A stretch of DNA of 63,870 nt, filler included, from Octopus bimaculoides (Eukaryota), in NCBI RefSeq assembly GCF_001194135.2. It is 6 parts of 6 records of this genome, joined end to end, with 100 filler letters (N's around TTAATTAATTAA, not from the genome) between each part and the next. Parts side by side here need not be neighbours in the genome. Positions count along the whole stretch, not along the records: positions 10,532 to 41,862 come from NC_068983.1; 5 more parts are not named here. One strand, given 5' to 3'. The position numbers and the translations under genes are program-made. Shown here one piece after another: positions 15,055-28,879 of this stretch. Position 1 is the first letter of the stretch. Each line of letters starts with the position of its first letter. The notes below the pieces were generated by a model. That model was not told the DNA's origin. It ran no database searches and saw only the letters and a list, made by a program, of their open reading frames with translations.

Positions 15055-15123
15055 AGACTTTATATTGATGTACCTGAAGAGACCCAGAATGGGTCGAAAC
15101 ATGTGTTGTACTCAATAAAGTCT
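15055..15123 (+). ncRNA. Type I hammerhead ribozyme (predicted, intact core)
   Basis: CTGAAGA (15074-80), stem II GACCC/agaat/GGGTC, GAAAC, stem III AC-atgt-GT, cleavage triplet GTT (after 15107). Stem I gtac/gtac is extended through small bulges by attga/tcaat and agacttt/aaagtct. Confidence 0.8.
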
Positions 15124-15155
15124 ATTACACATTCCATCTCCTATTTTATAAATAC

Positions 15156-15186
<31 letters not shown>

Positions 15187-15276
15187 TTAAATAATAAGGG
15201 TGAAAAATTGAATATTAATTTAAAACCAGTGGTCTAGCATATTGAAAAATCTGAAGATTCAGAAAAATTATATTAC

Positions 15277-15747
15277 ATACATATAAGAGGGATGACCACT
15301 AAGTGGACATCCATTATGCTAGAAGAAGACCACCTATGGTCTGACCACTAAGAAAAGATTGTTCTCAAGAAAATTCAGCAAATGCCAGAACGTAAGCGAG
15401 CAAGACAAATAAAAAGCTACAAAATATAAAATCAGAGTATCCTGATGAGTGTGTAGATTCAGGTTGAGTGGCCCCGACCACTATAATATACTGGCGTCTC
15501 GGGGTAGATGACCCTTCCGCTGCGCTATGCTCTCCAGTCTACTCCTTGACAGATGGTGCTGTCCACCTTAATATACCAGTACCCTGGGATCCCCTTCATC
15601 CAGTTAGGCATCTTTTCATTTGTCTTGCTCGCTTACATTCTGGCATTTGCTGAATTTTCTTGAGAACAATATTTTCTTAGTGGTCAGACCATAGGTGGTC
15701 TTCCAGCATAATGGATGTCCACTTAGTGTCATCCCTCTTATATGTAT
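15277..15747. repeat. Inverted repeat with arms of about 140 bp (15277-15416, 15612-15747) and a 195-bp spacer
   Basis: gaccactaagaaa...gttctcaagaaaattcagcaaatgccagaa.gtaagcgagcaagacaaat is mirrored in the right arm. Confidence 0.9.
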
Positions 15748-16388
15748 ATATATATATATATATATCATCGTAAATATACAGGGATTAGCATTGAGTTGCT
15801 TCTCCAACATACTGAAAATTTAGAAATAGCAGTCAAAAAACTACTGATTCTAAACTACAAATTTTTCTCTAAATGGATGGCGATATTTATGGCGCACATA
15901 GAACAAAAACCAGAGTGAAAAGCAAAAACAAACCTGCCTTTAGTTAATTGGATACGAACGTTTCGCGGTTAAGATATTAATCTATTCNNNNNNNNNNNNN
16001 NNNNNNNNNNNNNNNNNNNNNNNNNNNNNNNNNNNNNNNNNNNNNNNNNNNNNNNNNNNNNNNNNNNNNNNNNNNNNNNNNNNNNNNNNNNNNNNNNNNN
16101 NNNNNNNNNNNNNNNNNNNNNNNNNNNNNNNNNNNNNNNNNNNNNNNNNNNNNNNNNNNNNNNNNNNNNNNNNTATATATATATATATATATATCATCAT
16201 CATTTAATGTCTGTTGTCCATGTTAGCATTGGCTGGATGGTTTGACCAGAGCTGGTAAGCTGAGGGGCTGCACCAGACCCCAATCTTATTTGGCATAGTT
16301 TCTATGGTTGGATGCCCTTCCTAATGCCAGCCATTCCAAGAGTGTAATGGGTACTTTTATGTGCCACCATCAAGGGTACCAGTTGCAT

Positions 16389-16435
<47 letters not shown>

Positions 16436-18713
16436 CTATATCTAATGTATATATATGATAAGCCTCTTTTATTTTCCATTTCCCTAATTTACAGACAAGG
16501 CTTTGGTCAGTACAGGACTATAGTAGAAGTCACTTGTCCAAAGTGCCATGGAATGAGATTGAACCCAGAACCATGTGGTTAGGGAGCAAACTTCTAACCA
16601 CACAGCCATACCTGTGCCTATATGCTCATAAACTCAGGCCTAGCTAATTACAATAGCATCCATATTGCACTTAATATTTTAAAGGTATTCCACTAGAGTC
16701 TGCTATCAATTAGTTGGATGAATTACAGTAAATTGTTTGATACTCTCTTCTGTTACACCTTCGTAACATCAACAAGATATCTCTGTAAGATTCTTAATAA
16801 AAATAATCCAAAAGAATGTACGTGTATGTTGTGTGTAAGACATAGCAGAGAAAACTTCCAGTCAGAAAGAATCTATGCACAATACTTCTCCTTTATATTT
16901 TTCAATCTGCAGTGAATTCTCATGATCGCCATTATTCTATCCCAATCTCTTTGTTTTTCTCCTGGTTTTGTGTGAAGAGAAAAAGTAAGTTTGGCATTCC
17001 TTGAGTCTCATTTTTCAAGACTTCAAAGACTAGTAATATTAGGAGGTTATACTTATTTTGTAGAATTAGGCTGGTTGAAATTAGGCTGAATGTAGCCAAG
17101 GTACATTATGTTGTAATTTACCTTTCTTGAGTCATCAACACCTGATGGAATTATAATGTGCTGTGATGACACGCAGTGCGTCTATTTTGGAAACATTTCA
17201 AACTGGTGGTGGCCATTTTACACTAGGTTTTACCACAACCATTTTCTTGCTGCTATCACAAGTTTACACTTGTAAATATGAATACAAACTCAGGTATGCA
17301 CACACTTAAACACACGCATATGTGTGTATGGGCGAATAATGCTCAGCATTATACAATCGTATAATGTAGATTAATACAACGAAAAAAAAAAAGAAGCTAA
17401 TTCATTGGATCACTGGGACATCTCAGCTAGCTTTCTTTATTTGCGTTAATTTGTGAACATACAATTGTATTCTATAATGCTGAGTGTATACATCGATGCA
17501 AGCATCTGCTATAATAATACTCTTGTATTTTTCTCTGTCACACCATATGAATGAGAATGGAAGAGGTGATAGATGAATAAAGAAGGAAGGGGTAATGGCA
17601 AACTGGTGGGATGGTGACAGTCAATACTGAAAAGAAAATTCAAGCAGTGTTTCAACTCTGTGTGAGTATATGTGTGCATGTACAAGTGTGAATGTATGTG
17701 AACGTTGACAAGTGTATTAATTTGATTTACCATCCATATTCATATATAGAATACTACAATTAGCCATCGTTTTTGACATTACGGGGTCAGCTAGTGTACG
17801 TATAATTTTTTATACTGCATACTGCATGAAAAAGTTTATGAAACAGCTGTAATCATATGGAAGATATATTTGGGAAAATAAATCTATCTTCACTACTCAC
17901 ACCTTCTGACTTTATGCTTTATATATATAAATATATAAATATCTATATGCATGTTTGTTTATGTATATAACAGGTTTCTGTACAGTTTCCATCAACCAAA
18001 TTTCTCTGAAAAATCATGCTGTGAAATTGAATTCAGGATCAGAATATAGTTATAAAGTCAACTTCTTAACTGTGCAGCTATGGTTTAGAGATTCCTTTTT
18101 ATATGAAGGCAGGGACTGATTTGAGGATTATTTAGCAGTTATTTCTACCTTGTTGATTGACCACACAGAGGACCCCTTCCTGGCTTATTAAACAGTCTGT
18201 TGTATTTCATTGGCTACACAGGAATTATGGGACATATAGACGTTTATCTCTGTCCTTGGTTCAGGCTTGTTTCTATGATCTCTAGGGAGGAAGGTCAGCC
18301 GACTGGACCGATAAGGCAAATAATTAGATAGACTACATTTCACATTTCGCACAAGCAATGTTCAAAGTCACTGGTTATTGGTGTCGGCATGTGTATGTAT
18401 GTATATATATATTTATGTATTATATGTGTATGTATGTATGCATGTATGTATGCATGCATGTATGTATGTATGTATGTATGTATGTATGTGTTTGAGTGTG
18501 TTTTATTCATGTGTGTACATATATATGTATGCATGTATGCATGTATGTGAATATGTGTATGTAAGTGTGGCGAAGAATGCCTCTATATGTTTGAGATAAT
18601 ATTTATTTGTAATCTTTTCGTGTATATATTTATACATGCAAGTGTATGTGTGTATATATCTATATATATGTATATATATCTATGTCTATCTATCTCTCTG
18701 TCTATCTATCTAC

Positions 18714-18809
<96 letters not shown>

Positions 18810-19870
18810 CTCCATACACACAGAAATATTTTACTTCCACACACAAACACACATACACACACATACATATACACTCACACACGCATACACACACACATGC
18901 TCACATACACACACATATCATATATATATTTGAAGTAGATAAATATTAAATGTGATGAACAGAAGTAAGCAAAAATTAAATTAATAAATATAATAAAGAA
19001 AATCTAAACTATTAAAATATTATTATGATAGTGGAAATAAAGTTACTTTCGTGACAGCTATTTCGTTATGCTTGTGACACTAGTTACTAAAATACTTGCA
19101 TGGGTGGGACTAAGGGAGAAAGAACTGTGGACATGTGTGTTATTTAAAGTTGTTTCTATATCTAGAAGAATGGAGAGAGTGTTCAAGAAAGATGTGGTAG
19201 GCAGCAAGGTCTGATTGGGTATGATAGGTGGAGCAATAGGGAGATCAAGTGATAGGATGGAGGAATGGGGAAGTGGAGCAATGGAGAGAACAGATGATAG
19301 GATGGAAGGCTAGCAGAGGAATTGGTGGCCAATTGTGTGATGAGTATAGGACAAGAGAGAAGGTGTTATGGTCAACAGCCAGGCATGATCGCAAGTTGTA
19401 TTGATGGTTGGTTGGGGGTAATCATGCTAGAAGCAAAATGTCAACAATGTGACAAGACTTGAGCTTGAAGTACTTGTCTCTGTTAAAGTGGTAGCAGTGG
19501 TGGTGGTGGAAGTGGAAGAATTTTAAGATAGAATTTGCTGATTCATTTACGACTGAAGTTGGATGAAATACAATGAAATCAAAAGTCAGAGTGAGTCAGT
19601 TTATAAAGAACAGAAGTGAAGATGATGGAGTAATTATTAGGAATAGTGATGATCAAGAAGCTGATAGAACCTTCGAAGATGGTTCTGGTTGATTCTAAGA
19701 ACAGGGTGGGGTCAGGGCTGCCTTTGCAGCTTTATAAGCCCCTGGGAACTGGGTCTTATACCATTTTTTTGCTACAGCATATATATATATATTTATACCA
19801 GAGTTAGCACATAAATGTGAAACAAGGTGGAAAAAATAGTACTTGAATACTAGAGGTAGAGCAATATGAT

Positions 19871-19992
19871 TTATTAAAAAGCAACAAAAATATCACAAAC
19901 ATCACATTCCTGTTTGTCGAAAACTGTCCAACGAACGGGAACATGAAATTCTGAGTAACAATTTTTGTGATACTTTTGTTGCTTTTTAATAA
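19871..19992. repeat. Deleted derivative of hairpin family H1
   Basis: ttattaaaaagcaacaaaaatatcacaaa / tttgtgatacttttgttgctttttaataa arms, with aactgtcc..cgggaac..gaaa shared with 14577. Confidence 0.8.
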
Positions 19993-20061
19993 AGTATATA
20001 TATTTAAACTTGCTAAAATAATATTTGTAATGCCTTATCTCTACTAAGTATAGAAGCAGAA

Positions 20062-20446
20062 CATTATTTGCATTATTTACATTTGATGGATATTTGTCCT
20101 CATCTTGTTTTTTGTTAACACAATGTTTTGGCTGATATAACCTCCAGCCTTCATCAGGTGTCTTGGGGAAATTTCGAACCTGGGTTCTCATTCCTAAGGT
20201 ATTTTTTGATGTTATTATAATTATTATTCAGTTCTATATTTAAGATAATGATAATAATAACATCGAAAAATACCTTAGGAATGAGAACCCAGGCTTGAAA
20301 TTTCTCCAAGACACCTGATGAAGGCTGGAGGGTATATCAGCCAAAATTTTGTGTTAACAACAAACAAGATGAAGACAAATATCTGTCAAATGTAAATAAT
20401 GTAAATAATGTGCATAATTCCTCATCTCTTAAATATAGAACTGTAT
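20062..20446. mobile_element. PLE terminal-repeat-like insertion: divergent inverted duplicate with two decayed hammerhead cores and a 13-bp target site duplication
   Basis: Arms at about 20062-20218 and 20254-20411 are reverse complements. Each carries acac-CTGATGA-a-ggctg...cagcc-AAAA(C/T)..gtgt (20118-20161 minus; 20311-20354 plus), with G12 changed to A. Direct repeat tatagaagcagaa at 20049-20061 and 20447-20459. Confidence 0.65.
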
Positions 20447-21003
20447 TATAGAAGCAGAAGTTTTACAGAAAATTAATTTTAATGATATCATCAAACACTT
20501 TGCAATTAAAAAAAAAAATAAAGGAGAAAACTTTTCAAGTATAAAGTGGAAGCATACAAAAATAAACATTATTTTCCATCTTACTGTTAGTTTTGTTTCA
20601 TTTTGAAAAATATGAATTTATTGTAAGGTTTAACATCAGTTATAGTTTGAATTCTTTTTGTTTATATTTTGAACCATTTACATATACTTGAGGGTACCAA
20701 AATCTTTTAAGTGCTTAGGGCCTCTGGGTCATAATCCGGTGCTGTGTTCAACAACGGAACGATAGTCCAGGAAGAATCTCAGAGCACACCATGTGACAAT
20801 AAAAGTATGGAGGAACTTAACATTAGTAGTACTTGAGGAAGTCCACTGGGGGAAGGAAAAGAAATTGAAAAAGACTGAAAAGCATGGTTGTGATTGGAGG
20901 AAGCTGGTTGAGGTGTTTAGAGAGGAGTTCAGTAGGGCAGTTTCAGACAGATGGCGTGGTCAAAGAAATAGATAAATAAGTGACAGGAATTGACTAAATA
21001 CTA

Positions 21004-21055
<52 letters not shown>

Positions 21056-21074
21056 TACACACTGCATACATATA

Positions 21075-21120
<46 letters not shown>

Positions 21121-21673
21121 GAGAGAAAGAGAGAGAGAGTGGTTATATAGAGAGACAAAGTGAAGCAGATATATCATCATCATCAACATCATCAATTAAC
21201 GTCCGATTTCCATGCTGGCACAGGTTGTATGGTTTGACAGAAGCTGGCAAGACAAGGAGCCACACCAGATTCCATAGTTTGTTTTTGCCTCAGTTTCTAT
21301 AGCTTGATGCCCTTTCTGATGCCAACCGCTTTACAGGTGACTTTTACATTGCATGATCACCAGCGCTTTTTACGTGGCACCATTGCCAACATTTCTTTGT
21401 TAGGCACCACCACCAGTTCCTCTTGTGTGATATCTGTCTGTCTGTCTCTCTGTCTACCTGTCTGTCTGACTGTCTGTCTGGCTGTCTATCTACCTATCTG
21501 TCTGCCTAACTACGTATTTGTATGTATGTATATATATATATAANNNNNNNNNNNNNNNNNNNNNNNNNNNNNNNNNNNNNNNNNNNNNNNNNNNNNNNNN
21601 NNNNNNNNNNNNNNNNNNNNNNNNNNNNNNNNNNNNNNNNNNNNNNNNNNNNNNNNNNNNNNNNNNNNNNNNN

Positions 21674-21708
<35 letters not shown>

Positions 21709-21893
21709 TACGTACATTTATATATATATGTATGTATATCCATATACATATACATAAGTTTATATAATATATGCACATAGACGTATGTATGTATATATAT
21801 CTACAAATGTACTTATGTATGTGTGTGCGTTAGTTTGCGAGCACATAGAGATGTATGTTTGTGTCTGCATGTGCACACATATCTATGTGTGTG

Positions 21894-21936
<43 letters not shown>

Positions 21937-22273
21937 ACGTGTGTGTGTGTGTGTGTGTGCACGTGTGTGTGCACGTGTGTGTGTGTGTGTGTGCGTATGT
22001 ATACATGTGTCTAGAAGATTCTGTATTAGTTACACACACACACACATATTCCCTTCAACACTCTGAAGAATGCAGTACAACATAATTATTTGCTAGCACA
22101 GCTGATTGCATTATAATCACTGGTGAACGTTGCTGCCAAAAAGAGTTGGTGCTGACACTGGAGAAGTAACACTTTCTGAAGACATCTTGAGACAGCTGAA
22201 GAAATGTTAAGCTGACAGGACGCTGCTTATACGGGTGAGTCAAGAGACTAGGTTTTGTTTAGATTAAATTGTA

Positions 22274-22368
<95 letters not shown>

Positions 22369-22570
22369 ACGTGTGGTTGGATGGTGGTGTTGGGGGTGTG
22401 TCTGTGTGTATACACATACATACATACAGACATATGCATACACAATGACTCACATACAGTGACACACGTACACATACATGTACCTATGCATTTCTAGCTT
22501 TCTCTGTTGTATATATGAATATATATGTTTGTGTGTGTGTGTATGTGTGTGTATATGCGTGAGTGTGTGC

Positions 22571-22611
<41 letters not shown>

Positions 22612-22837
22612 TATGTATGTATCTTTGTTCATGTGTATATATGGCAAGAGAGACAGGAAGGAAATTGTTAGCTATATGTATATGTATACCTATCTACATG
22701 TATAATTATTTATTATGCATACATGCACACAAGCACACGTACACATGCATCTGCATACATAACATGAATATGCATATACACACATATATGTATACATATG
22801 CTTATATATTCACATGCACATATACATATATATACAT

Positions 22838-22895
<58 letters not shown>

Positions 22896-22962
22896 GTGGT
22901 GTACATTTATACACACACATACATACAGACTCATAGACACATATACACATACTTTTTAATCA

Positions 22963-23030
<68 letters not shown>

Positions 23031-25113
23031 AGAGTTATGTGTACAAGTAAATTATTTGCTTTCTCTGTGTGCTGTGAGTGAGGACCAATTTTGATGATAT
23101 TAAAACTAAGTTTGGCAGATAGAGTTCTGAAAGTTAAGTAGCAGCAATCTAGTATGCTAGGTAAATAGGGAACTGTTTTGGTAGGGGGGCAGTGGAACCA
23201 TCTGAGAATTTCAGTCAGGAGCTTCTGGCAAATTAGATGTCACTTTATTGACTTTGAATAGTAAATCTTATACTCCACAGTACTACAATTTTGTTTGTTT
23301 GGAATGTAGTTCTGTTGATTTTTGAACTTAAGACCTATATAGAATCTGTAGGTCATCTATGACGATTTAAATGTATGAGATAAGCTCAATAATCGCTTCA
23401 GTTTTGATTCCTTGTTAGAGACATTTCATGTTAAAACATATTGTTAATGTCCTATGCAAAACAGTCAAAGAATTCTGAGAAAAGTTTGAAATTGGAATTA
23501 TGTGGATTCTATCAATGAATTGACAGATATTGTTAGTTGAGAAATTAAGTAGGTAAGGGATTTGGCAACATCTGTTAAGTTATGGAATCTATCTTCATCA
23601 TCATCATCATCATCATCGTTTAACATTTATTGTCCATGCTGTCATGAATTGGACGGTTTGACCCAGGGTAGTAAGCTGAGGGCTGAACCAGACTCCAGTC
23701 TGATTTGGCATAATTTCAACAGTTGGATGCCCTTCCTAACACCAACCACTCAAAGAGTGCAATGGGTGTTTTTACATGCCACCGGCATGGGTGCCAGTTG
23801 CATGACTCCAATATCTGCCATGACTATGAATTCATTTGGCTTGATGGATCTTCTTTCTCAAGCACAGTATATTCTTTTCTACTCTAAGCACAAGGCCCGA
23901 AATTCTTGGGGAGGGTGCTAGTCGATTAGATCGATCCCAGTACACAACTGATACTTAATTTATCAAGCCCAAAAGGATGAAAGGCAAAGTCGATCTCGGA
24001 GGAATTTGAATTCAGAATATAAAGACAGACAAAATATCGCTAAGCATTTCGCCCTACATGCTAATGTTTCTACCAGCTCGCCGCCTTCAAGCACAGTATA
24101 TTGCCAATGGTCTCAGTCATTTGTCATTACCTCAATGAGGCCCAGTGCTCAAGAGGTGCTTTTTACATGCCACTGGCATGGTTTCTAGTTCTGTGGCACC
24201 AGCATCGGCCACATGCCTCCATGAGACGCAATGCTCAAAAGGTGCTTTTTACAGGCTACTGGCATGAATGCAAGTTATGTGCACCAGCATGGGCCTAACA
24301 ATGATATTGGCCAATTGGTTAATTTGTTCAAAAGTTGAAAAATTGCCTTGTGGTATTTATTCTGAGTTCCTGCACTTTGTGTTCAAATCCCACTAAAATC
24401 AACTTCTCATTTCATCTTTTTAGTGTTTAAGAGAAAAAGAAGCACTAATCCGGTGTGGTGGAATGGTGAAACTTTAAGTATGTTGGACTGGATGTATTTG
24501 TCTGACTTCTTTGTATTGTTAGTTGAAATCCCATCATCGGCTTTGTGGGTGGTAGATGTAATCTGTCACCCAGTTTATCCCCACCACTTAACACCTTGTG
24601 TACTTTTAGCAGGCACCCCACCCACTTTGTTGCAAGCTTTTGATCCAGATCTCCAGTTTGAAGATAACTTCTTTCTTCCTACCAAACAGTCTTAGAGGCC
24701 CTGTAAATAGTAATAACTGCTACATTCCCTTCTAACTAAAAAAGCTAACTATTCAGACAGAACTGACCTGGGGGTTAAACACTAGATAAAATAGACAAAA
24801 ACTCTCTAAGGCCTAAACAATGTGATTTGTAGTTAACTTTTGTATTCATTTCACATTGTTCTGACCTTAACAAGTTTCTCTCTCATGTAATATCACACAA
24901 TATTTCATCCAAACTACTCTATATTAATTAAAATAATTCGTCAGTCAATTAATACTAGCAGAAAGTTTATTCTACTAAATGACCGCCAGGCCATTTTTGA
25001 TTCAGCAAGTTTACAATCAAAAGCATTTCAGCTGTGTAAATGTATGCATTCATGTGCAGTTGCTTACATTATTTAATGCAGTGGTTCCCAAACAGTTTAG
25101 CACTACAGACTTT

Positions 25114-26020
25114 TATGAAGCGGTATGAAAAGGTTCCTAGACTAGTTATGTTTAATAAAAAATCACTTATTTACATAAATTTTAACATCATCTCCTTCAA
25201 AATAGTTGCCTTGCTATATACCGGTCCCAGCATTTCTGTCACTTTTGACATCCAGCCTGGCAGTTGTTTTCTGTAAGCAAGTCGAGGACCTTCTGCATTT
25301 CCTTCTGGATCTTGACAACGGTGTTAAGACAGCGACTTCTGAGCTGCATTTTCATCTTGGAGAAGAGATGAAAGTTTGCAGGTGCTAAATCTGGTGAAGA
25401 GGGTAGGTGCAGAAGCAATACCATGTTGTTTTTGGCAAGAAACTCGTGAGTGAGGAGAGCTCAGTGACAGGGAGCAATGTTGTCTGAAGAATCCAATTCT
25501 TACCTCTCCTCTGATCTGGTTGCTTTTACTGAATGTCCTCCCTCAAACTCTTCAAAATATCACATAGAACTCTCAATCCCTGGGGGAATGAATTCTCATT
25601 GCACAATACCACATTTCCAGGGGTGATGCTCATGGCAGATCTTCCAGATTGCTCATCGTTTTTCAGGGACATTCTTCTACTTTTGAGGTGCCAGTGCCAC
25701 TTGAAATATTGTATACGACCCATTGCCTCATAGCCATAAGCTTGCCAAAGCATGATCAATGTCTCTGTAAGCAGACTTCCCAAGTTTAACACAAAATTTC
25801 ATGCTGGCTCTTTGTTCCTGTCCATAACAAAACCACAGATTACAGCATATGTATGATCACAAAACATAAATTTCACAACATGCAAAGTAAACACAGTGAT
25901 GCTACTCAGCAAACTGCCCCATGAAGGTCACTGTTAGCTATCACTGTGCACACAACCATGTGCTGCCATCTGTTGGCATGCTACAGAACTAGTCCAAGAA
26001 CTTTTTGATACCACCTCGTA
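25114..26020 (-). mobile_element. Mariner-family DNA transposon, internally deleted
   Basis: TIRs of about 34 bp (tatgaagcggtatgaaaaggttcctagactagtt / aactagtccaagaactttttgataccacctcgta) with TA ends. HTH start LGSLLTETLIMLWQAYG and the HLPSSPDLAPANFHLF motif. Confidence 0.9.
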
Positions 26021-27220
26021 AAAATATAAATTAAGGCCTTTTTGAAGTCTTGGGGCTTAGTGGTTAGGTGCTCAACTTATGCTTATGATCCTGTGGCTGT
26101 GAGCTCTATTCTTGCATTTGGCAGCATTGCTGTATCCTTCAGCAAGGCACTTCATTTTAAGTTTCTCCAATCTGTTCAGCTACAAAAGTACTAGCAAACA
26201 GTTGGTGCATTCCACCCTCCTTCCAACTGTCACTTTCTTAATGTACTCTAAGTGGAATAGTCTTAACCACAAGAGTGCCTGTGGCTGCTCATTATGATAT
26301 AGGCCCTAAAACAATTACCGATAGATTTGTATGCTGCCAATTTCAAAGTTGCCGTCTCTCATCACTGAGTTTATTTTAAGGTTTTAGAAATTTTAGGTAT
26401 TAGAAAATCCTTACTAGTGTTTGAGAATTTTGTAAAACATGTTGTTTATATTTTTGTTATACACAAATATGATAGATAAAACAAAAAGAGAAGAAGAGAC
26501 ATCAATCCCATACTTACCTGGCAATTTATTTATTGTCTCTGAAGGGATTAAAGACAAATNNNNNNNNNNNNNNNNNNNNNNNNNNNNNNNNNNNNNNNNN
26601 NNNNNNNNNNNNNNNNNNNCCCATACTTACCTGGCAATTTATTTATTGTCTCTGAAGGGATTAAAGACAAATTTGGCCCCAGCAGGATTTGAACTCAGAA
26701 TGCAGAGAATTGGATCAAATACTATAACCCTTTAGTAGTCAGATTACTCTATCAAATGGAATGCTTACATATTCACATTGTATTTTTATTAATCATGCAT
26801 TATCTTGCAGCTGTGAGATTTTAATGATACAACTGCTTGTTTTTAGAAAGAAATTGTAGGGTAGGTGTGAGTAGCTGGATCTGGCCAGTTTCAGCATGAA
26901 GCAGGTAGAATATTTGGACTAGATATGGTCGGCATTTAAACCAGCCATATCTGGCCCAAATATTCTACCTTTATATGCTAAAACGATGAAGTACACTATC
27001 CAAACAATCTAACACATCTAACAATTTACTTCATTAATTTGTTGTAATAACTTTTTTTCCCTATAAGTTCAAAATTTCATACAATTCACCTGCCTGCTTT
27101 CTCTATAACCATCTTTACGAGCTCGTTTCAACTTTCCATCCAAAATTACCATCAAATCCTCCAAGCAGATTGTATATGGTTGCTTCTTATGCTAGAACTA
27201 ACTGTTAAATCTCCCTGAAA

Positions 27221-27251
<31 letters not shown>

Positions 27252-27383
27252 TTGGAAAACAGGAAGGATGTTAGACATGGAAGCCATAGTGAGGAAGATG
27301 TGATTCCATGCTTTTCAAAACCTTGGGTGTTATACATACCTCTACTATTACAACTGCTACTGCTTCTGCTGCTGCTACTACTT

Positions 27384-27430
<47 letters not shown>

Positions 27431-28879
27431 GCTACTACTGCTTCTGCTGCTGCTGCTGCTGCTGCTACTGTAGTAATAGTAGTAGTTAGTAGTAGTACCA
27501 TTATCATTCGAAGTTGTTAACTCTACTTGGCTGTCAGAAACAATGTTAATCTTCCCCATTTCGCTTCAAATATATTTTTGCAAACACACACACACACACA
27601 CACACACAAAGACGAACACACACACACACAAAGACGCACACACACCACACACATACACACACACACCACACATACACACACATATCTACACATACATATC
27701 TATATATATAGTCACACCCATGTTATGTATAAGGACTATATATACACACACATACACACATACATACACATATATATACATACACATACACGCACACTAA
27801 GTGCAAACATCCATATATACATAGAGGCATCCACCCCTATCAGCCATCTGTTCTCTCCTTGTCTACTCATCTACTCTGCCCTCTCTCCTCCTTCTCTTTC
27901 CATGCTAGAACTATTCAGAGATTATCTACTGAGATTTATCGTCTCACTACAAACTGATGACAACTGACTAGAACTGAACATCATCACAATCGTCATCACA
28001 ATCATCATTATTACTATCATCTGCAAACATCATCATCACTACCACCACCACCACCACCACCACCACCATCAACACCACAACCACCACAAACGCCACAAAC
28101 ACCACTGTCACTGCCACCGCCATCACTAAAGATCGCTGCCTCCGCCATCACCATCACCACCACCGCCAATACCACTGTTGCCATTGTTGCTGTTGACATC
28201 ATCATTGTCACCATCACCATCATCATTATCATTGGCAACATCAGCTGCAGTGGAAGCAGTGGTTTGTGGCAACAGCTAATGCCTGAAGTGTTGGAAAAAA
28301 ATTGTCAGGGAATCTTCCATATTTACCCTTTTCCTTTCACTCTTTGAGACACCAGCTTTAAGGATTCAGTCACTTTATAGAATGCTGAGTTGTGAGACAT
28401 AGAACTGAAGATAAATGACACTTTTTAGACTGTAAACATAGATATGGACATTGACTGCCAAATACTTATATAGATGTATAAATATAAATATTATATATGT
28501 GTGTCGAAATTGTGGTGACCTTCAATTGACAACTGATGAAGGGTCAGACTTGTGCACGTCTGTCTGTGCTAATTATCATTCGCTGACACCCACCCACTCA
28601 AATACATACTCACACACATACACACATATATACTTATATATGTGTGAGTATGCGTGCATATACATATACATATACGCATACAGTATCATCATCCTTTAAT
28701 GTCCATTTCTCATGCTGGCATGGGTTGGCAGTTTGACAGGCGCTGGCCAATTGAAGGCTACCCAGGTTCTATATCTGTTTTAGCATGGTTTCTATGGTTG
28801 GATGCCCATCCTAATGCCAACCACTTTACAGGGTGCCCACTGGCACCCATAAGCCCACAATATTAGGAACATTCAGCTG

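Noticed and set aside
17822-17856. ctgcatga...GAAACAGCTGTA as a hammerhead
   Set aside because: There is an extra base in the core, and stems I and II do not pair.
26507-26672. ATACTTACCTGGCA matching the U1 snRNA 5' end, present twice as an apparent tandem duplication
   Set aside because: The match stops after 14 nt and lies in a SINE. The duplicate flanks an N gap and is most likely an assembly overlap.
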